Position numbers and translations under genes: made by a program. The notes under the pieces were generated by a model. It did no database searches and was not told where the DNA came from. It saw nothing but the letters and a program-made list of their open reading frames with translations. A stretch of 55,759 nt of DNA, the filler included, from Catajapyx aquilonaris (lineage: Eukaryota), in the NCBI GenBank assembly GCA_000934665.2. It is 4 parts of 4 records of this genome, joined end to end, with 100 filler letters (N's around TTAATTAATTAA, not from the genome) between each part and the next. Parts side by side here need not be neighbours in the genome. Positions count along the whole stretch, not along the records: positions 1 to 13,818 come from JYFJ02007975.1; positions 13,919 to 27,812 come from JYFJ02007976.1; 2 more parts are not named here. One strand, given 5' to 3'. Below, piece by piece: positions 13,125 to 23,389 of the stretch (position 1 is the stretch's first letter; every line of letters starts with the position of its first letter).

Positions 13125-13818
13125 CACACAAAACTCATGAAAAGTTTTTCCTCAGCCTGACTCACTCGTCTTTTTAATACTGTTTACATACAGTTGAACT
13201 CCCCCCCCCAAAAAAAAATACAGGAAATGCTGCGGCGAGGCTAATTTGCATACTATTAATCCTTTTGATCCCAGTCCCGCACACAAATAAGATTAGACCG
13301 GCTTACAGTAATTACACGTCAGATATGGTGCAATGACACCTGTTGAGCGGAATGCATGCTGGAATAAGAGGCCAGCCTATCAGAGTTGCCCCTGCCTTAT
13401 CGGCCCCCCCCTATAGCCGATTACGCGAAAAAAAAATACACACACACACACACCTACTGGCTTGCTGCAAGGTCAAATCAATGATGTATGCCAGGGCGGG
13501 AATCAAAAATAATCGCATGCATAACTCAGAATTTAATATCGGCTCGCAATAAATCATTATGTTCAAACAACTGCGAGAATTCGAAATTAATTTCAGGAAT
13601 TATTTAAAAGAGCGCATACAGCATGATTTTAGCTTGAAAAATTCATACTAATTAAATATTTTGAGCAATATTCCAGCCCTGCCTTGCAATTACCTCTCTG
13701 GATCCCAACACATCTCACTCGCAGCACTCACTGTCCAAAAATGCGGCTTGCAAACCTCGAAACCCCGGTACTTATGCAACAAGTTTAAGGCCGTATAAAA
13801 AAGGACCGATGATGCGGA

Positions 13819-13918
13819 NNNNNNNNNNNNNNNNNNNNNNNNNNNNNNNNNNNNNNNNNNNNTTAATTAATTAANNNNNNNNNNNNNNNNNNNNNNNNNN
13901 NNNNNNNNNNNNNNNNNN
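13819..13918. other. Artificial 100-nt contig-joining spacer (N44-TTAATTAATTAA-N44)
   Basis: The 12-mer gives stops in all six frames, and the identical spacer recurs at 27813 and 41733. Confidence 0.95.
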
Positions 13919-14342
13919 CTTGGGAAATGTCTCGTAGCGATCTCAAGTGGGCACCCGGTGCGTAATCCCTCGGCAGGTGATAACGCCAGAACGTAGTATA
14001 AGTGTCCGTGGGCTGATTTGAACTAATTGTCGCCCAGTTGTCATTATTGGTTGTTGTCCCAGTTGCTAGACAACTGTTAGAACAACAATATTACCTCCAA
14101 CAAGATGGCCGCTGCCTCAGCCTGTCTAATGGAAAAGGATAGGGAGTACCTCCTCTAGGTATTATATTGTATAATAGCAGAACTCTTTGGTCTGGCATCA
14201 CTTGGGACCAAGTATGACTCAATCTCTAAGCAACAAACACATGGTGCACTATATTGAGATCTGTGAACTCTGTAACCATGTCCGTGCCACGTTTATGTTT
14301 TCTACTCTGGACACATTCATATCTACACAGTATTATTATGTA

Positions 14343-14738
14343 CAGTACTGCTCATAAAGAATGGTACGACTCTAAGGACAAAATGTTTATTCCGTTCCCA
14401 ACCCCTGGGTCACCAGCATGTTTTTAGGGGTCATGATGAAGGTTGGGAAAAGGCAATTAAAATCAAGAAAAAAGAGAAGAAAAAAACAAGACGAGGTAAG
14501 AAAATTTAAGGGGGGGAATTCATCTCAAATCTATGTAAGCCTTGTACCAGGTTGAACATTTTGTGGTAATAAAAAATTTCGGAAAAAGTCGGGAGGGGGT
14601 CATACGATATGAGTCGCCAGAGATCTAGGACAAGTTGTCCATATTAGTGTCGCCACGAAATCAGGTTGGGAATAATGCTGGATAGTCAGAATAAACATGT
14701 TGTCCATAGAGTCATACCATTCTTTATGAGCGGGGCTG
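14343..14738. mobile_element. Tc1/mariner-type MITE
   Basis: ~50-bp imperfect TIRs (cag...gctcataaagaatggtacgactctaaggacaaaatgtttattc and its reverse complement at 14688-14738), flanked by TA on both sides. Confidence 0.7.
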
Positions 14739-14771
14739 TACTGTGCTGTAATACATCAGAATATTACTTAC

Positions 14772-16012
14772 CAATGACTACATCTTCTTTTGGGGGAGGT
14801 GTGGTGGCCGTGATGGTAACGTCTCGGCTTGCTGTGTGAAAGGCCCCAGGTTCGATCCCCGCCTGGGGAACTTTCCTTTCACCTGCGTCAGGAGGGTCTC
14901 TGACCTGCACCAAGGAGGTGTCTGGCAACCTAACCTCCTGGGGGACAGCACATGACCCATTTGTAGACATTGCACTTGCACCTATGTTCCCTCCCCAAAA
15001 AATTCCTCCCCCTACCCGACATCCTTGACTCCTTGCACCGGTGAATGAAGAAAAGTGCAATACACAGAGAAAACTGATGGTGGTGTGCCACCCCCCAAAG
15101 AGGCCTTTGATGCCTAGCACGGGGTAATTAAATAATAATAAAAAGACTACATCTTCTTTGAGCTCTCTGGTGACGAAAGGAACGCTGGGATAGATTTGGA
15201 GCGATTCCTTCATACATATCTCCAAGTACTTCATTCGAGACAAATCAGACATTTCTATGGGGCGATCTGAATCACCAAATATCTCATAAAGTTCTTTGTA
15301 CACCAGATCCTAAAATTCAGTAGTCCAAAATTTGCTGCATATCATGCGAATAAGTCATAGTCGTAATTTCCCCCAGGTAAATTTCTCAAAATAATGTACA
15401 GTACCTGATGTTTAGGATTCCAGCCTAGCAGGAAGAGGCACCAGGATATTCCTAATACAGTTGTGTCATGGCCCTGAAATAAATATTTCGTATCAAGTTT
15501 TGTATAGCCCATGGGATGCACAGTAGCATTAATACAAAATGTGTTATTAAAATTACTAACTGCAAACATGAAAGTATGTACTTCTTCTCTTAATCCTTCG
15601 TCATCCAGCTTTCCATCCTCAGCTTCCGCAGCCAGAAAAAGGTCCGGAAATGCTAAGCGTTTCGTGACACCTTCAGGATTCGGCTCTGAAGTACGGGAAA
15701 TACAATTATTAATTGCCTATGATTGCTCTTACTGCAATATGACTGTACCTAGAGTTTCCTTATTGGACGCACTGTTGTTGTACTCTTCTTTCCTTTCTTT
15801 GATGATCTGTGATAGGAATGTTCAATTTTTTTCATTTGATCCTTCAAAAGGAGACTCCAAAATCTTACCTTATCTGTGAAACCATGCAGAATTTTAAGGG
15901 ACTTCTTGTGCTGTGTTCCAATTGATGTGAATCGGAACACCCAATTTGGATGCAACCATGGCAAAAACGCACAATAGGGAATGATTCCAGCAATTCTATC
16001 GAAGAGAACCAC
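14772..16012 (-). pseudogene. Cytochrome P450 clan 4 (CYP4) pseudogene fragment
   Basis: Spliced exons: PWLHPNWVFRFTSIGTQHKKSLKILHGFTDK (to 15869), IIKERKEEY (from 15806), KRLAFPDLFL...LREEVHTFMFA (to 15561), GHDTTVLGISWCLFLLG (15473-15405), [44 protein letters not shown] (from 15309). Lesions: frameshift/stop near 15750, ExxR changed to ESLQ, EEVDTFMFEG changed to EEVHTFMFAG, a SINE in an exon, and no heme-binding exon visible. Confidence 0.85.
14791..15144 (+). mobile_element. tRNA-derived SINE inserted in the CYP4 exon
   Basis: A-box-like tggccgtgatgg, B-box ggttcgatccc, A-rich tail taattaaataataataaaaa, and a perfect 15-bp TSD gactacatcttcttt at 14776-14790 and 15145-15159. Confidence 0.9.
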
Positions 16013-16466
16013 ATGTTAATATCAAAAACGGGGGGGGGGNGGGGGGGGGGGTTATTGATCCTGCACGAGAAGAGACGGGGTCAGGCAGCATAATATAGCA
16101 AAGGAGTGAAGACCTCCTACTCCCCCCATTCGTAAGTCTGCACTGCAAGTTGTCGCCTTACGTACAGCCAGTACGTCTACACTGCGCCACCGAAGAGTAC
16201 CATCGTCCTTCAGCACCAATTAGCAGAGCTGAGCCACTGAAGAGAACCATTGTCCGCAAGATTGTCCGTCAGCAACAGACTTTCAGGCCGACTTACCTAT
16301 TCCCAAGCTATTCCGCTTACCACTTCCACTGTACCTACATATATACGCTGTAATTGTCATAAAAGGTGCATATGTGGATTGAGACCGAAATAAATATTGT
16401 GGTCAGAACCTGAAACAGTGTGAGATATTTAACTCCCGTACACTTCCTGCGACTTTGCTCCTTACA
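16013..16466 (+). mobile_element. Possible solo LTR
   Basis: Starts tgtt, ends ttaca, has a TATA-like motif and AATAAA inside, and truncates the CYP4 exon. No clear TSD, and it contains an N. Confidence 0.25.
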
Positions 16467-17032
16467 AAATACCATAGGTATTATGGTGTTCTAAGAGATA
16501 ATGAAGTGTTTATCTTTTGCATACCTATAGCAGTGGTTTCCAACCTTTTACCAACTGCGACCCCCTAAACATGTTTCCATAAATGTGCGAACTATACTAC
16601 TGTATTACATTTCCTATAATTAACTATTTTAGTGTATAGTAACAATTTCTATCAGTTTAAATATTAATATTGGCATTATTTTGTCGCAGTAACTATTATT
16701 ACTTTTATCATGTTATCATTACTAAACCTGTGACAGGATCAGTCTGTTTTAAACAACAACATTGCTGCGGACTGCCAGAGCTCTATCCCTCTAACCAGCT
16801 CTTGCTCTAACTTACAGCAGGCCCCTGACGATAATTACACTCAAGAATACAGAACCTATAATAACTTTGAGTAGGCCTACTGTGAAGATATAGTGGGTGC
16901 GACCCAACACATGCGCTATTTGCAGAGTATTTCAACACATATTCTGAGAGAGAAAAAAACGAGTGGACGGCTTTCCTCCTATGCACACACAAGTCGATAT
17001 AAATAGGAAGGGATATGAAGTTATATCCACAG

Positions 17033-18044
17033 CCTACTATCCGTTTATTTAATATAGAGCCCTGTGGTTTGACTCTAAATAACTCCCAGGCAAATTATCA
17101 AAAAAAAAAAATAAAGTTATACATCGTTCGAAAGCTTGTTTAAATCCACGTTACATATATGCGAGTTGTTTTCCTATCGTCAGTCTCTAATTTTCTATCG
17201 TAAAAAGAAGGCGGAAGAGTGTCATTTTTTGCCAAGTTGCCGACGTTGCACCGCAAAGGGAATTTTTTATGACACTTTCAGGAGGCCAAAAAAATCCCCC
17301 TGTGAACCCTGGGTAGTGCACATCTTTGTCTATCTAATGATATATTTGAATCATTGAGATCGTCATTTCTGTAATCATAATTAAGTTAATTGCACACCTC
17401 TGTTATCTCAGCCGTTTATAATCCGAATTACGTCAAGCCAGAAATGTGCGTGATAAGATGACATTGTGCTCTATTACACTAAAATTTTTAAACGTATTTA
17501 AAAGTATCGCCGTCTATTCCCGCCAGAAAGCGGGCGGAGTCCTTTTCTATTAAACTTACTAAAACAATACTTTTAAAATTTTTAGTGTAATAGAGCACAA
17601 TGTCTTCTTATCACGCACATTTCTGGCTTGCCGTCGATACATTCGCGAAGTAATTCGGATTATAAACGGCCGAGATAACAGAGGTGTGCAATTAACTTAA
17701 TTATGATCACAGAAATGGCGATCTCAATGATTCAAATATATCATTAGATAGACAAGGATGTGCACTATCCAGGGTTCACAGGGGGATTTTTTTGGCCTCC
17801 TGAAAGTGTCATAAAAAATTCCCTTTGCGGTGCAACGTCGGCAACTAGGCAAAAAATGACACTTTTCCGCCTTCTTTTTACGATAGAAAATTAGAGACTG
17901 ACGATAGGAAAACAACTCGCATATATGTAACGTGGATTTAAACAAGCTTTCGAACGATGTATAACTTTATTTTTTTTGATAATTTGCCTGGGAGTTATTT
18001 AGAGTCAAACCACAGGGCTCTATATTAAATAAACGGATAGTAGG
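17033..18044. mobile_element. ~1-kb palindromic (foldback-like) element with ~470-bp inverted arms
   Basis: 17033-~17500 is the reverse complement of ~17565-18044, with few mismatches and one ~17-nt indel. It gives the mirror ORFs 17136+ and 17724-. Confidence 0.85.
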
Positions 18045-18284
18045 GTGCATATAATTTACACGCACCTGTACTATCACTTACCACTGTGATTCTTGTTATT
18101 TCGTCGCACCTGTCCCACAATTACGGACACGCATGCAACCGCATGCACCAAAATCTCCTCGCCTCTTTGAAACCAACGTGCTCATTGTCGCACGATCTTA
18201 ATTGATCTTCAGGATCTCTAGATCACTACACTTTTGCTTCTAAACGTGTGGCCTACCGTTGTTACAACCCTGACGTGCCCAACA

Positions 18285-20784
18285 ATGCCGCAGCGTACAC
18301 CCGGGAAGTCACCTCGTAGCAAGTCCTCAACGAGTTGGTTGCCTTGCGTTGAGTGCAAATGTCATTACTTTCATACCCATCTGACGCTGCATCAAGAGAG
18401 AGATTGTCCAACTAAAGGAAAACAACATGTAGAAGAGGAATGGCCGTACGTGCGAGACGGAACATATCACGGGACGGTCGAGAAAGTAGAAAAGCAAGGT
18501 GAGAATCACACGTAACGCGATAAGCGTTGAACACTAACGTATGCAAAATAATTTTTCAGATTTGTCACGGACCGTTCCGACAAGCTGTCATCGCCTCATG
18601 GTGTATGTGCCGCAGCACCTCGCGACCATATGCAATGTCCGCTCCCTTGGGAAGGTTCTGATATCGTGCGACAAAAACTGCACGCATGTTTTCAATGCGT
18701 GGATAATTGCTGATAGCAGTCCGCACTTAATGATGGCCCCTACGAAGCGGATTAAATTTGGTAAGGGCATCCAGATGAGAGCGTTTGACAATCCGATTCC
18801 CATAGCCGCCGTGCTGTGCTTTAGACCGAGGCGGAAGTGTGAACATGAGGCAGCCACTCTCGTGGAGTGCGTGAAAAGAGATTACATGGACACGTACTTG
18901 CGTGTAGGCGAGACAATACATCTGAACTGCTATGGCGACGAGGTGCAACTGGATGTTGTGCACGTAGAGCTGCATAGTAGTTCAGTCGAAGAACAGTTGG
19001 GGCGGATGACGCTGGACTCTTTCGGCAAACTGGGGTTGCATACAGTGCTTGAGATGTCGGTTAAATCAACGGACATGGCTGAATCTCACCCTTCTTTCAC
19101 CTTGGATAATATTCCAGGCATGAAATCGCAGGTGGAAGTGTTATGTGATGTGATTTCAATGGTGTTCGCTGGGCCACGAACTAGTACTTGGTCACCACCA
19201 GCTGGAGTACTAATCCACGGTCCTCCTGGAGTGGGAAAGACTACCCTGATGCAAGCGGCTGCAAACCACCTGGCATCTTGTGGCGTGAAACAGTTCAGAC
19301 TGAAGGCCCCTGAACTGTTCAGTAAATATGTGGGTGAGACTGAATCCGCATTAAGACGCCACTTCGACACAGCCATTAAGGACAGCCCAAGTGTTATGCT
19401 GATCGAGGGCGTTCAAGATCTGGCACCAGCCGGCAAGATAGCAGATTCGACAAGCCATCACCAGTTGCGCATCACTTCAGCTCTGCTCGGTCAGCTTGAT
19501 CGAATCGCCAGTTGTGGTCGTCCGGTGTTGGTTATGTCCACGGCGTCTTCTCCCGATTGCGTGAACGCAGATGTGCTCAGGGCCGGCCGGCTGGAAAGGC
19601 AGATTGAGTTGTGTCCACCCAGGCATGAAGAGCGGGCGGCGATTCTAATGGCAATTCTAGGTGATGACAAAGTATCAGTTGAAGAGGTGGCGTCGCAAGC
19701 CCATGGGTTTGTGGCAGCTGACTTGAAGGCGCTTGTGGAGCATGCCAGAAGCAGAGATCATGGGCGGCTGAGTAGCGATGACCTGCAATGGGCCTTGAGC
19801 ATGGTGCAGCCGTCAGCCATGAAGCACATTTCACTGGATGTCCCCAATGTAAGTTGCGCTCTAATTGTACAGGTGTGCATTACAATGTTTCTCGACAGGT
19901 TCGATGGGAGGACATTGGCGGCCAGAAAGCCCTGAAGATGAGGCTGAACCAGTGCATCATCTGGCCGTTGCTCCACCACCAGTCCTTCGCCCGCCTTGGG
20001 ATCCGTCCGCCTCGTGGTCTCCTAATGTACGGACCACCAGGCTGCTCCAAGACACTGGCCGCCAAAGCGGTAGCCACGCAGTCAGGTCTCAACTTCATAT
20101 CCGTGAAGGCGTCGGACCTCCTTGGTAAATATGTGGGTGAAAGCGAGCAGGCGGTGAGAAGAGTGTTCAGGAGAGCCAGGCAAGTGGCACCGTCCGTGTT
20201 GTTCTTTGACGAGTTGGATGCGCTGGCAGAGAGTCGGGAGGGCGGTGGAGGCGGAGTTCACAACAGGGTGTTGGCGCAGATGCTGACCGAGATGGACGGC
20301 GTGCAGGCGCTCAGAGACGTGATTGTGCTTGCCGCCACCAACAGACCCGACCTCATCGATCAGGTAAGCTCATGATAACTGGGACTATACAGAAATAATT
20401 TTATTCATTTTTTCTTAACAATAGGCTTTTTTGAGGCCTGGCAGACTGGACCAGCTTGTGTATGTCCCTTTGCCTGATTTCGAGACACGAGTGGCTATAC
20501 TGGAAGTGGAGAAGCGGAAAATGCCTCTGAGCTCAGATGTGGATCTGTGCAATCTTGGACGTGCAACCGACTGCTTCTCTGGAGCGGAGATTGTTGGACT
20601 TTGTCGCACCGCAGCCTTGGGGGCGCTCACGGAAGCCATACATGGACACACACTCGCAGACAATCTGATGGTGGAGAAACGCCACTTTGACGAAGCTCTG
20701 CAAACTGTCCATCCCATGACATCACCTGATTCCGTCAAATTGTACGAAGCATTCCAGCAGCGTACCGACATTTCAAGTGTTTAA
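18285..20784 (+). CDS. SPATA5: AAA+ ATPase SPATA5/AFG2 (ribosome biogenesis), 4 exons, 775 aa
   Basis: Exons 18285-18498, 18560-19848, 19899-20363 and 20425-20784 (GT-AG, in phase, 2328 nt). N-terminal WxxCxxC motif, D1 Walker A GPPGVGKT, linker [24 protein letters not shown]2 [13 protein letters not shown] (AFG2 signature), FFDELD, AATNRPD and RPGRLD. Confidence 0.92.
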
Positions 20785-21383
20785 TAATCCTGTAGAAGCT
20801 AATGCTAAAGTGAGATATAAATTTTTGTACTTGCCTCATTATTTTCATTGTCAGCATTTCTTCCGGTTGTTGAATAATACTGCCGTACGTTTGCTGAAAA
20901 ATGACAGAATAGCGCATGATTCTTTGCTAATTTTGCCAAAATGTTGCAGAAAGCATCACCTGGTGAGTCCTAGATCTGCCGAGCACATGTGCATGTTGCG
21001 TCTGATGCTGCACCAGTTCTGCTGCCGTCTGCAATCACAGGAGTCATCAACAAGTGTCCTGCGATGTACCTCAGGGACAGCTTCACGAATAGTGGGACTA
21101 ATTTGGTGAGCGTTCTTTAGGCGCAACTTGACATAGATGCCTTCATTTCATTTACACGAAAGTTGCATACCAGTTCTTGGGGCAGTGCATAGGAGTGATA
21201 CTCGGATATAGAACAGGCTGAGTGACAATTTATTAACATAAAACCGAGAATATGTGGATACTATTCCAACAACAATTGTCAAAACAAAATGTGTAGCACC
21301 ATCAGTTTCCACTGCTCGGTGCTAACAAATGGAACTCTAACAGAGGACATAGGAAGTGCTACATTCATCGAAAAGCACCAGGA

Positions 21384-21560
21384 TTATTTCAAAGCAGCTT
21401 CCGGATGCATGCTACGCACTGCCCTGACACCTGACCCTTCTGCTTTCACTCTGATGTTGGCGCCTTCACACTTTACGCCACCCTTCTTCGTTGCAACCTC
21501 TGGACCGGCAGAAATTCTGTCCATGAGGACCTCATCTCCCACTTCCTCCATGGTCTCCAG
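21384..21560 (-). CDS. Possible orphan terminal exon (58 aa, unknown product)
   Basis: Acceptor cctgcag, an open phase-0 frame LETMEEVGDEVLMDRISAGPEVATKKGG...HPEAALK-stop, and a minus-strand AATAAA near 21230. No upstream exons found. Confidence 0.3.
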   Translation of the reverse strand: METMEEVGDEVLMDRISAGPEVATKKGGVKCEGANIRVKAEGSGVRAVRSMHPEAALK

Positions 21561-21621
21561 CTGCAGGCAGTCAACCTATGGCCACATGACTGGAATGCTT
21601 CGCATATGGAGTGGCCTTATA

Positions 21622-22057
21622 CAGGGTGTATCAAAACTTTACCGTAAGCCATGTACCAATGGCATAAGAGGCACCCGAGCATCATTATATGTAGAGGGGT
21701 CATCATCTCTAGGCAGCCACATCACGTAGATAATTGATCATTTGCGAAGTAGCGATTGCGCTTAAGCGTGATTGTAGAATAGCAGTGCATCTGGGGGGAA
21801 CTGCATTCTAAGAGCCCTTAGTGACTACCCCAATAGCAGTGTGGCAGTAGCCCCCCAGAAAATAGCTGCGACATCACCTGTGATGCGATTGGCGGCTGAA
21901 GGTTTGCATACCTGCCAGGATATTTTATACCTATTGGTTGAGGTCAATTATCTCGGTCATGCGGCGGCCCAGGCCTATGATTCCGATACTGTACATGATC
22001 ATCTGCTGACCATTACGCCATTGGCATATGGCTTACGGTAGAGTTTTGATGACCCTG
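21622..22057. mobile_element. Tc1/mariner-type MITE (CAGGG termini)
   Basis: TIRs cagggtgtatcaaaactttaccgtaagccat / atggcttacggtagagttttgatgaccctg with TA flanks. Confidence 0.75.
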
Positions 22058-23389
22058 TATACTCTCAGCTCTTCATATACTTTCAAGGTCATTATTTGAC
22101 TGATTATTTTTTTAAACTGGCACATGCACAAATATCGCCAATCTTTACAACATGCTCCATCCCCTGTGGAATAGGAAGTTAATCGCCATTAACACCTAAA
22201 TGTGACGCGCCCGAGGAATTTGAATATTAACATCAAAAATGCGAATTGTAAGAAGCTATTTCAGGACCCTTTGAAGATCCCTCCGACCATGTACAGTAAT
22301 CAGTGGGCCTACAGTACTTACGTGCGTCTTGTATCTCGTAGAAACTTGTGGGATCAATCTGGGACCATGAGATTAATAGGCAAGTTTCCAATGATAATGC
22401 TGAATAACGTATGACTCATTTCTGCCCTGGGACTGCATGTCAGAGTGAGTGGCAGACGTTGTTATGAGTATGTGTTTATGTAACCGGGGGTTGATTTGGC
22501 CCCCGCTGTAATTATACCAGGCAACAATCCTCAAATGCCTACCATTCTTCCTTCATCAGTCTTTGTTTTGGCCTGCCAGACTGGGATTCCCGCTGGGCAT
22601 TACTGTTAGTATGGGTAACATGGCTGGACAGTTGACATGCTAGTAATATATTGTTTGCAGCAGAGAGACTGTGTGTCTCCTGCCAGGGGATCATGGGCTG
22701 TGGCTTTGCTTTGTCAGGTATTTTGCATTTATTAAGTAACTTGAAATTTGCCTGTATAGAACAAGTAGTTTGTCACTTGTTTGATATAATGCACGGGCTA
22801 TTGGGCGGAAAACAGGAGAACTTATTTTGGCAATTGTTGCATTAAGCTGCGACAGTTTTATTTCATAACACGGCATACACCTAGGCGTATCAAAACAGTT
22901 TACAAAATCGAGACTTACTTATTAATTATGAAATGGGCTAACATACTCCATACATACTGTACTTATCGCCCCATGAATCACTGATTGACGCTATCATGTT
23001 ACCAGCATTAAGTGCAAGATGGACTTTGGTTTCGTGCTGTAAAAAATGTAAAGTCAAACACTGTGATATTTCCAAAGGGTGTAATTGAATAATTAATATC
23101 GGCTTTGCTTGTTGCGAAAATGCCTTAGGAAGCTGCCTGTATTATACATTGTCTGCCGGTGTAACGCAATATAGCATTTTCTATAAAATGACTTGGTGAT
23201 TCTCAATTTTGTTGTCCAAGTTCTAAGAAAACATGAATTAATTCCTCGGTTATTTCCAGCATTTGTAGTAATATAATTTTTAACAACCACAGTTTGATAG
23301 TATACGGTATGCCAAACAGTATTTCTGCATTGATATTGCAAATGTGAAAATGGTTACATGATGGTGTGTGTAGGCTGTGTAAGCACTAT

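Noticed and set aside
14791..14875. tRNA genes (also at 27075-27150 and 27475-27550)
   Set aside because: A/B boxes are present but each continues into a SINE body with a tail (TSDs in two of the three), with no clean cloverleaf or poly-T terminator.
17136..17945. Two near-identical 73-aa ORFs on opposite strands as a gene pair
   Set aside because: They are mirror images produced by the palindrome and start with TTG.
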